Made by a program: the position numbers and the translations under genes. A stretch of DNA of 64,000 nt from Antedon mediterranea (Eukaryota > Animalia > Echinodermata). The notes under the pieces were generated by a model, which was given only the letters and a program-made list of their open reading frames with translations, did no database searches and was not told where the DNA came from. Shown one piece after another: positions 13,620 through 25,809 of the stretch. How positions within the stretch are numbered: position 1 is the stretch's first letter; each line of letters begins with the position of its first letter. The stretch spans positions 11,267,432 through 11,331,431 of the forward strand of contig NC_092679.1 in NCBI RefSeq assembly GCF_964355755.1. Direction: 5' to 3'.

Positions 13620-13960
13620 AGGAGCATAAAGAAGACTGAATCACCCCATTCTTTATATTTAAACATTTTTGTTAGTGTTGATGAAATGGCAATGGTGCTT
13701 TCAGCTCATTGTTCCTGTGTTGCTGGTTGTGGTGGAATCTGTAACCACATTTTTGCACTACTATATCAAATGGTAGATTTCTTTTCGGATGAGTTAAAAG
13801 AAACACCCGTAGACTTAAGCAAGACTAGCGTATAACAAGAGTGGCATATCCCTAGGAGAGAGTCCATAGTGCCTCATTACACCAAAGCTAAAAGAAAACG
13901 TGAGGAAACAGGCAAAAGGAAAAAGCCCCCTGTTTTCTGTAAATGATATGATCCAAGAAC
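13620..13960 (+). mobile_element. SWIM zinc-finger relic typical of ISL2EU-associated SWIM/YqaJ nuclease ORFs
   Basis: AHCSCVAGCGGICNHIFALLY followed by SKTSV*QEWHIPR. Confidence 0.7.
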
Positions 13961-13979
13961 ATCTTTAATAAAAAGTGCT

Positions 13980-14410
13980 TTCGAGTCTGCACCTATTATG
14001 GACGAGGTTTAAACAATATAGAAATTCGCATGTGTCATGCTTAGAAGATATTGCAAACTGTTGCAGAAGAGCAACGGAAAAAGAAGTGAATGTGCCACAA
14101 CTGGTAGGAAATGAGGCAGGGAACGTGTTTGTTCCAACAAGGGACTGGAAGTCATTTCCCAATCTATATTTTAAGGCTGTTCCAAACATAAAATCTCTTC
14201 GTCACTTCAGGTTTGACTGTGACTGTCTTCATTATAAAAGCATTTGCAGATTCTGAAGAGATTGTTTTGCCGCCCATCTGGAATGTCAACCGAACGGAAA
14301 AATACCTATTCAAAGAAATCAGGCAGTACTGCGCTCAAGACAGTCGACAGGACCTGACATGTCCAAAGCCAGAAGATGTGTTGTCATCTTCTGAAGAAGA
14401 ATTTGTGTAA
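13980..14410 (+). mobile_element. C-terminal relic of a Sola-like DDD transposase
   Basis: NVPQLVGNEAGNVFVPTRDWKSF...FKAVPNIKSLRHFRF...YLFKEIRQYC...TCPKP. Clearly homologous to the relic at 26350-26990. Confidence 0.6.
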
Positions 14411-14994
14411 ATAGAAGACATACAGTACTGTCTGTGATTGATAATATTGCCGTCACAAATTCTTTTATGATGCGCATGCAGCGCAGAACACATCACACAA
14501 GATGTAGTTTGTTCTAAATAAAGGCATTTAATACTGTACCTTAACTTTTGTGTTGTTGCATCAATTTTTAGTAATTTTGTCATCTTAAATACCACCAACA
14601 CCCCCCCACCCACAGGGTACACCACCCCCCTCAACCCCATTCAACCACTAATAACCTCATTGTATTACCAGTACTTTGAAGCCTCTCCTGTGGTTTCTTA
14701 AAGGAATGCTGAATTAAGCATTAAAAACATCATTCACATGTAGATAAAATGTAATAAACACGATCTGATCGATAATTTTTAACATTCATAACGTAATTTT
14801 CAATAAAATCGATTGTCAAACAGCCGTTTTTAGTATAGAATTGATAATTTTGATGGTCAGACATCTTGTCATCGAAAACGAGGCTGTGACGTCACTGAAG
14901 GGGCTCATTTCGCTTCCGGCATCTCCATGCTGGGACACAGTGTGAAATTCTCGTTTTCATCGTCAGTTTATAAAACATCATCAGCAAAAAAATA

Positions 14995-15543
14995 ATGGAA
15001 TACGGTCTAGTACCTTATCAACTAGAGCCAAGAAGAAAAGGAAAACCAAGAAATGATACAGATGATAATATGGAAGAAAATAACGGCCAAGAAGACGATA
15101 GAGAATGGCGAAAAAACAATAAAGAATGGTGCTCATGTGGAAGATGCGACTCGATGCCCACCGCCGCCGCGCCGACGAATGCCTGTGTTGTTATGAAATG
15201 AACAACGTGTGGGTGAAAAAATGGACGGCTTAGATTAGAAGATGAACTATGTATTGTAGATCATTTTAATTTTGACTTTGTTTGTTTACATCCTGAAGTT
15301 CTAAAAACAGCACTTGTCGCCCGTAGTGATATTAGAGTTCACGAACTGAAAGAACCGATTCCTAATGAAAGTTTTAGGTTCCAAGCGTATCGCCAGTTTA
15401 CCTACTGGATTCATAATCGTCTAGCTAGCCTAGGCAAGGCAGTTCGTCGTGTTGTTCCTGCGTGTGTAGTGCTGAGAATCCGACAAGAATACCCAAGCAG
15501 CGATGGACAATACGTTGGATTCAAAGAAGCAGAAACCAATTAA
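14995..15543 (+). pseudogene. KolX / P2X7 C-terminal (ballast)-like Cys-rich protein, frameshifted at ~15175-15240
   Basis: PYQLEP, WCSCGRCDSMPT, ECLCC, CIVDHFNFDFVCLHPEVL, NESFRFQAYRQFTYWIH, LGKAVRRVVPACVVLRIRQEYPSSDGQYVGFKEA*. Confidence 0.85.
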
Positions 15544-16407
15544 TAAATTATTTTAGCATTGTAAATACTGTAGTTATAGTGTGGTTGGAAAAGAAAATTA
15601 AAATGTGGTTGTTGTAAATAATTTAATTGTTGCTTTACTGTGATTATGACTGTACGCTTGTAACTTGTTCTATAGGGAGGCCCAGGTATTTGTAATTCAA
15701 GTATTGCTGTATAATATAGGTCTAGTTAAACCTATAATTAACGATGATTACCTAAGTTTCAGATTTCCATGTATTAATTACCATAATTGTTGCAGCAAAA
15801 TAATTAATTACAACTGTTGAATATAACCATACATGGAGTTTTTCCATTTTTATTTCAGAACAAAGCATTCAATACATAATAACATAACCCTATTTTGATA
15901 AACAAGGACATACTGAATACTGAAAAGCTTTATTTGTCCATTATCATATAAAATAATAATAGAAATTATTTTCCAAATGATTGGCACAGATATATATTAT
16001 ATAAACAAACAATTAAAAAAATAGAATACACATATTATTGCACAAAAACTTAAATTTAAAAAGTAGATACAATTTGGAAGTTAAAATATGATAAAAAGCA
16101 TAAAGTGCTTAAAAAAAGTTGTAGTTGAAAAAGTAGATACAATTTTGAAGTTAAAATATGATGAAAATGCATAAAACACTTAAAAAAGTTTCATTTACAT
16201 ATTAATCAAAATAAAGTATTTCATCAATGGTGGTGCGAGTTAATAATATGGATGGCATTTGCAACAAAGGCATATCTTGTTCTGTTTACATATGTAAATT
16301 AGGCAAATTACTATATTGTATTGTTGTATTTCCAATGATTTATTATAAAAAATAAATTTTAAAAAATATATTCTGTGCTCCCTGTAAATAGAAGCCGTCA
16401 ATAGAGC

Positions 16408-16972
16408 CTATGCCAGTTCAAACCTGGTCCTGAATGCTTCAATTGTATCTTCTTTCGATGGCTTTATATTAGATGCAATATTTTTTGGTAGATCAGGTCT
16501 GCCTACATATCGTTCACCTAATACAATATCCTTATCATTGTGTCGAGCACGTACACTATCCATCAGCCTTTCTCTAAAAGAAAAAGTTTTCTTTGTGTAG
16601 ACTTTCTTCACTACCCACTGTTTTTTTCGTTTTGGGAATGCCAAGCCAAACCTGAGAGTTCCTGCAAAGATAAAATGCCATTGCAATTTTTGATGTTAGA
16701 ACTACTTTATAAAAATATGTATTGATTATCCAATTAGAGCTGTGAGAAACTAGACAAAAGCACAAAAATTATTAAAATTACTTTTAAAATTGAAACAAAA
16801 TTTATTTAAATTAATTTAGTATTAAAAAACTCAAGTTACCATCATCAGTCGTTGCTTGCTCCCTCCCAACAGGAATTTCCATCTGCTCATCAAATGCTGT
16901 GTCAACTGTCTGTAGATCCACTAATTAATTCTGCATTCTCACTTTCCACAAAGTTCTCCAAGTTGATGGTCT
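16408..16972 (-). pseudogene. Kolobok transposase C-terminal exons
   Basis: The exon at ~16972-16839 ends REQATTDD-G|GT and splices to TLRFGLAFPKRKKQWVVKKVY...PKNIASNIKPSKEDTIEAFRTRF (~16662-16408). The DDE core is absent. Confidence 0.7.
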
Positions 16973-18029
16973 TAAAAATAAAATAAGTACTAGGCTATAT
17001 AAATAAACTAAAGATTTATATAACAAATTTAAATTGAGATAAATGTGTAGGCCTACACTTTTTGGCCTAGTCTTGTTGTGTTTGGCCGTTCACCTCGGTA
17101 ACCTACAGTACTTTCCTTGGCCTACTAGCTAGAGTAGTAGTAGTAGCCTACTATTAGTATTACTAACTCTAGGCCTAGCCTCTACTATCCTAGTCTAGCT
17201 AGCCTAGGAGCCCCTCACTCAATGGGCGCTACTGCAGTTTCGCACCACACCGTTATATCTTCGATTTCTTACCTAAACTTTCGTTTTTTACACTCACAAC
17301 ATAATATTATGTAACATGTTTATACGATTCGACCACTTACTAAGTAATTTTTTTTAAATAACAATACTTTTCAAAACATTTTAAACAATACTGAACTCGC
17401 TGTCAACACACTGCGAAATGTTCGCCATCTTATATTTATCACTTAATTGCCAGAATTTATGCTTCATTTTACCCCAAAAATTGTATAAACTATAGAGGGC
17501 AGTGTTATAAAATCCGATTACACATATAGGCCTATTTAGTTTTGAAAAGCAAGAAATGTTTTCAGCTGTCGACGAAATAATAAAGGTTAAATTAATATTT
17601 CATTATTAGTATTATTATTCATATTAATGGTTCCTATCAATGTTTTATGTACGGACTCATATCGTCGCCGTTTTGATATGGATGTACAACAGCTGGTTCT
17701 TTATAAAAACCACTCTTTTTAAACATAAAAACAGAAAATAAAACATACATTGATTTCTGGCAATTTTCTGATTCTAAAATGGCCACAGTTCGATCGAAGT
17801 AGTCGCGAAAAAAGAAGCTGTTTTGAAATGCATTTTTTGTTATGATAAAGGTAATTAACGGTGGCTAAATCATGGGAACATGTTACATAATGGCCCAAAA
17901 TTGTATGATGTGGGTGTGAGAAAAAAATTAAGCGAGAAATCGAAGATATAACAGTGTGGTGCGAAACTGCAGTAGCGCCACTCAATGTGTGGCCGAACAT
18001 TAAAAAGCAGAATTTGGTATGTTACGTAC

Positions 18030-18418
18030 CTTGTTTTTGGTCTTGGGCCATCGCTTTTGTGTCAGTAGTTTTTGTGGTTCCTGTCTTTGTTGGCTTGCTT
18101 GGCTAACCGCTTTACTGAAAACAAACTGTTTAGCCTTAGGTACAGCATTTGGCTTCACCTGGTAGGCCTAGACTTCGCACCAACAATACTGACTTTTACG
18201 GAGTCATCCTCAAACATTTCTTTTTAAAAATGGTCACTACATACTCTGGAATAAATATTAATGTGCGGTTTTTCCAACTTCATGGCTGCAACCCATTTCT
18301 TTAGCAAATCCTTATTGTTTAACGGCAATCGATGGAAACTAACATTGCGTATTCCTTTGGACTTCCTGCCTTTCTTATCCGATGCATTGCTGCATCCAAA
18401 CGCCATACAAAACACCAT
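18030..18418 (-). pseudogene. THAP zinc-finger exon (N-terminus of the Kolobok transposase)
   Basis: MVFCMAFGCSN...SFHRLP...KKW...RVCSDHF, then a frameshifted KPNAVP box. GT donor at ~18029. Confidence 0.85.
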
Positions 18419-18814
18419 TTTGTACTATTTTTTTTGTTTCGATAAATCACCAATAACTTCCAAGATAATTACAAACACAAATGAAATAGAGAAAGAATCT
18501 ATACTACTCGAAAAAATCAATTTAATTAGGATAAACAAATCGTCGTTGTTTTCGATATTACAGCTAAACGCATACGAAACACAGTGCACACAGTGCTACA
18601 CAATTAAAAAAACCCGGATGAAGGTACTTCCGCCCCTCCAGCTCCCACGGCTTCTGGGTAATATTTTAAAATGGCGGAACTCCATTGGCGACAACATTAA
18701 TTGGCTTATAATTCAGAATGTGTAAATATATTAAGTTTAATGTAATGTATTTACTCAAAAACAGTAATGCTCATTTTAACTGTTCATTGTATTAAATTAC
18801 ATAATAATTAACAG

Positions 18815-18968
18815 ATCTAGATATTCCATATGCGATTACTGCGCGTGGTAAGCTTGTAGAGAAGACTTACATTGAAGCATTAATTGAAGTGAATCTTGGA
18901 ATTCTTAAAGTAATTGGACAGGAAGGTGTGGGTAAAACCTGTTTAGTCAATGCTTGTCTTGGAAAGGA
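18815..18968 (+). CDS. Orphan exon encoding the start of a Roc/ROCO-type GTPase domain (P-loop); functional status unknown
   Basis: CAG|...|GTAAG-bounded open frame: LDIPYAITARGKLVEKTYIEALIEVNLGILKVIGQEGVGKTCLVNACLGK. It has a GxxGxGKT Walker A preceded by the IP..I.ARG helix seen in invertebrate ROCO proteins. No neighbouring exons were found. Confidence 0.65.
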
Positions 18969-21900
18969 GTAAGTAGATAGCTAAGCATAATAGCACAAAC
19001 ATAATAGTAATAGTTTTCATAAGCTTACATATAATATAAACAAAATAAATATTCTGTTTATAAGCACAGTGTTTATTATTTATGTTATATTTTAAAAATA
19101 CAATAATATTTACCAACAATTAGTATTATTTTATTTATAATAAATATCCATATTTTAATTTGGAGTACTTGCCAATACTAAATAGTATGCCCGCTTTGTT
19201 GTTACGTCTAGTAAGTATAGTAAGTAGACGATTCCAGAAAAGTATATTTACATTAAATTAAAACCAAAATCAATGCACACAACATGCACTCCAGAATATA
19301 ATGTAAGGCAAAAATTCATAAAGTAAAATGTATACTGAATTAATATTATGCTTTTTTCATATGTGACAAAATCAAATAATTACTGTGCACAATAAACTTC
19401 ATAATATGAGTATATGTAGGCATATATATAAATGTAATTCTTGACGTTCAATGCAACTTATATAATATTTTGTTGATGTCTCACTATAGACTGGGAGAGA
19501 CAGACGAATCTAAAGATATCAATAAATTAATTTCTCGTTTCTTTTATAATAGGGAACACAAACATAGCTCTGAAAGAAAGCATGTGTTTTTTATTCTGTG
19601 CGTTTGCCTGAACATGTTAATTAATATAACCTACCCACAAAATGTATTATTAATTAACTCTATTAATTGAGCTAATGTTGATGACTGACCTTGTGTTTAA
19701 ATATAAACTTAAAATTTATATTATTTTGGTTCAATATTGTCACATATTCTAATATGACCACCAATGAATAAGTAAGGATTTTAATGATTATGTTAATTAA
19801 TTATATTACTGCATTAATGTACGGGTGGATTTATCAAACTTGCTTTGCATTAAAAGCATCCTGACTTTAATTTAAATCGAAGATTCATGAATGAATAATC
19901 TTAAACCCATTTTTATTTTTACATTTTTGCTCAGATTGATTCGAGGACGAATCAATTTGTAATGTGTCTACTACTGTACTACTACTTCTTGAAACATAAT
20001 AAATCAATCATTTTGAAAACATTTATTATGTAAATAATAATACTGTACTGTAAGAATGTGTTTAAAACCCATTTGCCTATATTGATCTCAATTGCAATGT
20101 TTGAGTAATATAGACAAAATATTTTAAACCTACCTGTTAACTAACTGCAATCTGTTTAATGTCCGAAGTTGGTATATTTCTGTTTAAGTTTTTTTCACAT
20201 ACAGTAGGTTACAGTATATTTATGTACAGAATGTCCATAATTGATGGCAACCCATATTTACAGTAAATAATTGCAAATACAAGTTCAACAATCACATAAA
20301 CTTACTGTACAGACAAATATAAGTGATTTATTTACATAACTGTTTAACCCTTTGTTTAACTTTTTATATTTTTATCCATTTCAAACATGGTACAGTACCT
20401 AGTGTGTTTTCAGTAAATGTTGTACACAATTTATTAAATTTAACCATGTTTAATCCTTTGCAGCGAAGAGGTTTTGTGTTAAATTTCCATTTTAAAATTG
20501 TATGTCGCACATTAAATATGTTGTAATGATAATATAGTGTGATTTACTTCAAAAAATGTACACACTACTAAATTGCAATGCTGAACTGATAAATCCTAAT
20601 TTCAGCAATTGTTTTTTACTACTGTATATTCAATTGCTAGATACGTAAAGGTGCATTTTAAAAAGTGGATTACACTTGTATTGCACTTAATATCATTTTG
20701 TTTAACTCTTCATAGGATTTGTCAGTTCTGTACATTTTAATTTCTGGTATGCTGATTTAGTTTTTTATAATGAATAGAATTTTATATTTTAAGAATGGTA
20801 TTCAATGCACAGGGCATAACCATGGAGCATCTTGTGCTGTAGACTTTCTAATTGAATTTTATTACTATGGCATATTTTGTTTTTAAGGCTGATATTTCTG
20901 GTGGTGAGCTGATAAACTAAAATAAATTATGTTTGAAAAGATACCAATATAATATATTATCATGCCAATAAGATGTTTGGGATTGGTAGTGTCTGTATTG
21001 CCAAGAGCTTATGCCCCAAAATGAAAACACACTGCAAAGGTGTTATGTGCTCTACAGAAGTTGTGTAGTGGCAGTCAGTCATTTCAGTCAAGTCTAAATG
21101 GTACCAACAAGCTGTGTAGCATACCGCAACAAAGTGTATGGCCGATAAATCAGAATTGGAGAAGAAATGAATTTATTTGCCACATGTTATCAGTTGACAA
21201 CAGCAATATTAACAGAGCCTTGTCATTTCTTAAATATTGTGCATGTAAATGGTCAGTATGTTGTTCTGGACAGCTTACCAAAGAAATTTGATGGTGGTTC
21301 CTGTGTTCCACCAGAAAGGTTTCCCACATTCTCGGCCGCACTTTATAAAAATCCAGATATTTTGATCAGAGTTCACATCTCCTGCACATAGGTGTGAATG
21401 TGTTATTATTAAAAATAAGCTTCCAGATAATGTCCAACCAAATCTAGGTCTGAAAGTGCAGTATAATGAATATGATTTGGTACAAGCAATATGGAAACAT
21501 TTCAACTCCATGATAACTATCCTGCGTAAAGATGATATACCAACATTAAAGCATAAGGATCAATATGGATGGATACAAAGAATACAAAGATAATAACAGC
21601 TGAAAAAGCAGGATGAGATGATGAGTTTAAAGGCGTAAGTAATTTTATTATTTATTTGAATTAATATCTTACATGATGAAGCTGGTGGACATTGCCCCAA
21701 CTTTTATGGAAACTTTCCATTTTCACTAGGAAGAATGCAATCAGAAGGAGGTGAACATGCAAACTACCAATATAATCGCTTCTTCTATACACACACAACC
21801 AGAAGTGGTGGGAAGTCTGAGGAGGCGTATGATTCCATTCTATGTACCATGAACAATATATACAAAAGAAATTCAAATTATGAGTGATAGTACTAGTAGT

Positions 21901-23132
21901 GGCAAACTTGCTGCTCAGGCTTTTCTGACCTATAAGAATAGATGTTTAGTTGAAGGCGGCATCCCAGAGTTTACCAATCCCTTGGCTATGAAGTGCCCGG
22001 TTGTTGAAAATCAAACTACCACTAGTACTACTAATGAGGATCATGCCACAGAGAACAAACTTTTCAAAAATTATAATTTTGTTTCAAGTGGGACCGTCCC
22101 AAAACACGAAGGAAAATCATACAACCATGACAAAATGACCAAACTAATAAAATGACATGGTGGAAGAGTTAAGAAAAGCCTACCAAAGCATACAAGCACC
22201 AAGAAGTACACTATTTTAGCAAATGAGAGTTTATCAACACAGCTAAAGATCAAAGGGGGAATTGGTGGCCGATGCCCCATTTTCTGTACCATTTGTGGAT
22301 AGGACAAAAAATTCAATAGTACACACCTAATAAACACAACTATAAGAGCTGCCAAAGAGAGAATGAAAGTACTTAAAAAAGCTCATAAGCAGGAGGAGAT
22401 GACTTTTAATTAAGCACATATGTGGAGGAGCTCCTTAAGGGCATTGCCATTAGATTTGTAAAATCTGAGGTAATCAGAGAATGTACTAGCATGAAAGACA
22501 TCGATTTTTAAGAGTTATACCAAAATTTTGGAAAAGTTTCCACTTGATGATATTGTGGTAAGAAACTTGATTTCAGAGCAACGAACATTCAGCAACTATT
22601 GCCTGGATATTTGGCCATGCAACCTGATGATTTTTGGTTTAGGATTTCAAAAGTAAATTGTGCATCAACTGGAAATCCTTGATTTCCACAGCTAGCCAAA
22701 TTAATGAAGCTCTTGTTAATTTTACCACACTCAAACTGTGATGTGGAAAGATGTTTCAGTGTCATGGGGCACATTAGGACGCAATATAGAGCTAGTATGT
22801 GTCATAAAACACTTGTTAATTTGTTGTCATGTAAAACTAATATGTTTTCATCTTGAAAGAATTTCATTTAGCTTCGATTTTGTATAGATGACAAATTTCG
22901 TTTTTGTAAAAGCACAAGTTAACGGAGTACTTACTCGAACGTTTCGATCTCTATCAGAGATCCTTCTCAACTGACTGCGGAGTGTTAATGCAGCTTGGTC
23001 ATTCTTGACGTCATCTGTTGATGACGTTGTACGCCTCCGGTTGTAGGTTGGAGGTTGTGCGGGGCTCGGCCAGGTGATGTGTCAACAGATGACGTCAAGA
23101 ATGACCAAGCTGCATTAACACTCCGCAGTCAG

Positions 23133-23170
23133 TTGAGAAGGATCTCTGATAGAGATCGAAACGTTCGAGT
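23133..23170 (+). ncRNA. Variant hammerhead-ribozyme-like motif in the pLTR (copies at 25824-25860 + and 22933-22970 -)
   Basis: TTGAGAA-g-GATCTC/tgata/GAGATC-GAAAC-GTT: perfect stem II and GAAAC box, but a non-canonical first core box (canonical is CTGANGA). Confidence 0.5.
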
Positions 23171-23235
23171 AAGTACTCCGTTAACTTGTGCTTTTACAAA
23201 AACGAAATTTGTCATCTATACAAAATCGAAGCTAA

Positions 23236-25809
23236 ATGAAATTCTTTCAAGATTTAAGAGAAAAATATGGTCAAGAAACCATCAACATCGTACGCAAACA
23301 GGAAAATATCGCGAAGAAAATTTCACGGCAGAGAAATCACCGGGTATTCTCCCTTCATTGTAAGCGGTTGGACATTACCCCTCCGAGCCTGAAATTATAT
23401 CGACCGATCAAATCGTCTAAAGCAGAGGAAATAATAAAACATGCAGAAAGACAGCTTTTACGTGAGAGAATAAGAATCACCACCAACAAAATCACACAGT
23501 TAGAAGGCAAAAAGAAAGATTTAAATGAGGAAATCGTATCGCTAATTCCCAACGGAGGGGACATCACCAATGTATGTAATCACGTAAACAAAGTGTGTGA
23601 AGCGGAATTCTTAAAATGCCGATCACGACAACAAAACAAACTGTTGTGGTGGAAAAACAAAGCAGAAAACGCAGCTAGAGATTTACATCAAGAACAGGAT
23701 TTATCCGGTAAGATCTTAAGAGAAAAATGGGTGGTAAATCTGTCTAGTAAGTTGGTTAGTGAGGACGAAATATCAGCATTACAAAGGGGATTGAACTATG
23801 CGGCGAGCCCACGATCCATGCCCATTGACGATCTCATAGTAGCGGCTGAAAAAGCGGCTGATCTCGTCCCCCTGGAAGAACAAGACACCGTTCGCAGTAA
23901 AATTGTAGCTATTGTAAAATCTACCACTCTACCACCTTCAAATTTAACCCCCAAAGAACGAAAGGCCATAAACAACTTGAAGAAAGATAAATCTATTCTT
24001 ATTCTCCCAGCGGATAAAGGTAGATCTACTGTCATCCTAAATACTAATGATTACAAAGATAAAGTGGGAACCATGGTGAGCGACACTAATGTTTACGAAC
24101 TGCTAAAACGTAATCCAACACAAAACTATAAACGAAAAGTGGTCAACATCATAGGCAGGTTGTTCAAAGAAAAGAAAATCAACTACAGAGAGAAAGAATG
24201 GCTGTTTCCCACGGCTGAAATTGTACCTAGGTTGTATTGTCTTCCGAAGATACATAAACCAAATTGGCCATTAAGACCTATAGTAGATAACATCAACACC
24301 GTTTTTTACACCGTTGCACAATTCCTCACCAAAATCCTGGGTCCGCTTGTCGGAAACACAGAACATCATGTAACTTACTCAGGAGAGTTGGCGAGTGAAC
24401 TAAAAGAAATAATAGTCAAACCAAGTGAAACATTTGTCTCGTTTGACGTAGTATCTCTGTTTACAAAAACACCAGTAGAAGAGGCCCTCAAAGTTGTCGA
24501 AAATCGCCTAACAACAGATCCGACACTTCTGGATAGAACTAAACTACATGTGACAGACATAATGGAGCTCCTCGGTTTAATTGTGAACAAAACCTATTTC
24601 TCGTTCAATGGTAACATTTATAGGCAAATACAAGGCATTGCTATGGGAAGCCCAATAAGTCCTATATTGGCGAACTTGTATCTAGAGTGGCTCGAACATC
24701 AAGCCATAAACACGGCACCCACTAACATCAAGCCTGTGTATTGGAAACGATACGTTGATGATGTATTAGCTATCATCCCCATAGGTACAGTACATACATT
24801 TAACACACATCTTAATAACATCGATATAACTGACAATATCAAGTTCACCACAGAATCGATGACAAACAACACAATACCTTTCCTGGACATGCTCATCACA
24901 CTCAATGACAATGGAACAGTTACCACCTCAGTCTATCGGAAGCCCACTCACACAGACCAATATTTACATTTCAACTCACATCATCCACTCGAACACAAAC
25001 TGGGGCTTATAAACACGCTTGTGGACAGAGCTGAGAAGGTAGTGGGAGATATGGATTTGAGGAAAGTTGAGATGGATAACATCAAGAAAGCGTTACACAA
25101 CTGCCAGTATCCAGAGTGGTCCTTCCAGAGAGTTATGGAAAACCGAAAAAGGAAAAAGAACAAAGGACACGAACCACAGAAGGAAAAGATCAAGATGCGA
25201 GGTAGCATAGGAATCCCCTATGTAAAAGGAATGGCAGAAAGAATACGACGCACTCTCTCCTATCACAATGTCGGAACCTATTTCCTACCCCAAAATAAAA
25301 TCAAGAATAGCCTCGTCCACCCAAAAGATAAAATCGAGAAGATGGATACATGTGGAGTAATCTACGAAGTCACCTGCCGCAACTGTCCACAAGTTTATAT
25401 TGGGGAAACAGGGAGGGCATTACAAACACGAATTAATGATCACAAAAAAGATGTTACAACAAACACGGGGGGAGTAATGACTAGGGCCTCCAGAACATCC
25501 ACATCTTCGATCATACACAAATCTGCCATTACAGAACATGTCATAAAACACAATCATGTACCGAACTGGGAGGCTACCATCTTAACCAAAGAGCCTAAAC
25601 GCAAAGACAGACAGATTAGAGAATCATTACATATAAGGAGAAATAAAGAGAAGACCATGAACCGGGACACTGGAGCCCACGAACTCTCGCATTTGTACAA
25701 TGATTTGATAGACACATCACCTGGCCGAGCCCCGCACAACCTCCAACCTACAACCGGAGGCGTACAACGTCATCAACAGATGACGTCAAGAATGACCAAG
25801 CTGCATTAA
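23236..25809 (+). CDS. Penelope-like (Poseidon-type) reverse transcriptase + GIY-YIG endonuclease, 857 aa, intact
   Basis: ADKG, LPKIHK..PLRPI, SFDVVSLFT, GIAMGSPISPILANLY, WKRYVDD, PFLD, VYRKPTHT, then GVIYEVTCRNCPQVYIGETGRALQTRINDH. Confidence 0.97.
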   Translation: MKFFQDLREKYGQETINIVRKQENIAKKISRQRNHRVFSLHCKRLDITPPSLKLYRPIKSSKAEEIIKHAERQLLRERIRITTNKITQLEGKKKDLNEEIVSLIPNGGDITNVCNHVNKVCEAEFLKCRSRQQNKLLWWKNKAENAARDLHQEQDLSGKILREKWVVNLSSKLVSEDEISALQRGLNYAASPRSMPIDDLIVAAEKAADLVPLEEQDTVRSKIVAIVKSTTLPPSNLTPKERKAINNLKKDKSILILPADKGRSTVILNTNDYKDKVGTMVSDTNVYELLKRNPTQNYKRKVVNIIGRLFKEKKINYREKEWLFPTAEIVPRLYCLPKIHKPNWPLRPIVDNINTVFYTVAQFLTKILGPLVGNTEHHVTYSGELASELKEIIVKPSETFVSFDVVSLFTKTPVEEALKVVENRLTTDPTLLDRTKLHVTDIMELLGLIVNKTYFSFNGNIYRQIQGIAMGSPISPILANLYLEWLEHQAINTAPTNIKPVYWKRYVDDVLAIIPIGTVHTFNTHLNNIDITDNIKFTTESMTNNTIPFLDMLITLNDNGTVTTSVYRKPTHTDQYLHFNSHHPLEHKLGLINTLVDRAEKVVGDMDLRKVEMDNIKKALHNCQYPEWSFQRVMENRKRKKNKGHEPQKEKIKMRGSIGIPYVKGMAERIRRTLSYHNVGTYFLPQNKIKNSLVHPKDKIEKMDTCGVIYEVTCRNCPQVYIGETGRALQTRINDHKKDVTTNTGGVMTRASRTSTSSIIHKSAITEHVIKHNHVPNWEATILTKEPKRKDRQIRESLHIRRNKEKTMNRDTGAHELSHLYNDLIDTSPGRAPHNLQPTTGGVQRHQQMTSRMTKLH

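Larger units (their letters stand above)
14702..18720. mobile_element. Internally deleted Kolobok DNA transposon (KolX gene and transposase remnants, tail-to-tail)
   Basis: The left end is TTAA|AGGAATGCTGAATTAAGC, with a degenerate inverted match at ~18704-18720. It carries KolX on + and THAP plus transposase C-terminus on -, with convergent 3' ends. Confidence 0.75.

Noticed and set aside
14995-15543. Host P2RX7 gene
   Set aside because: Only the Cys-rich C-terminal domain is present. It has no channel exons and lies inside a Kolobok structure.
18261-18725. 154-aa plus-strand ORF
   Set aside because: It is antisense to the THAP exon and its promoter, with no recognisable domain.
23355-25739. 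Several short antisense ORFs over the Penelope ORF
   Set aside because: They are shadows of the long sense ORF and have no motifs.
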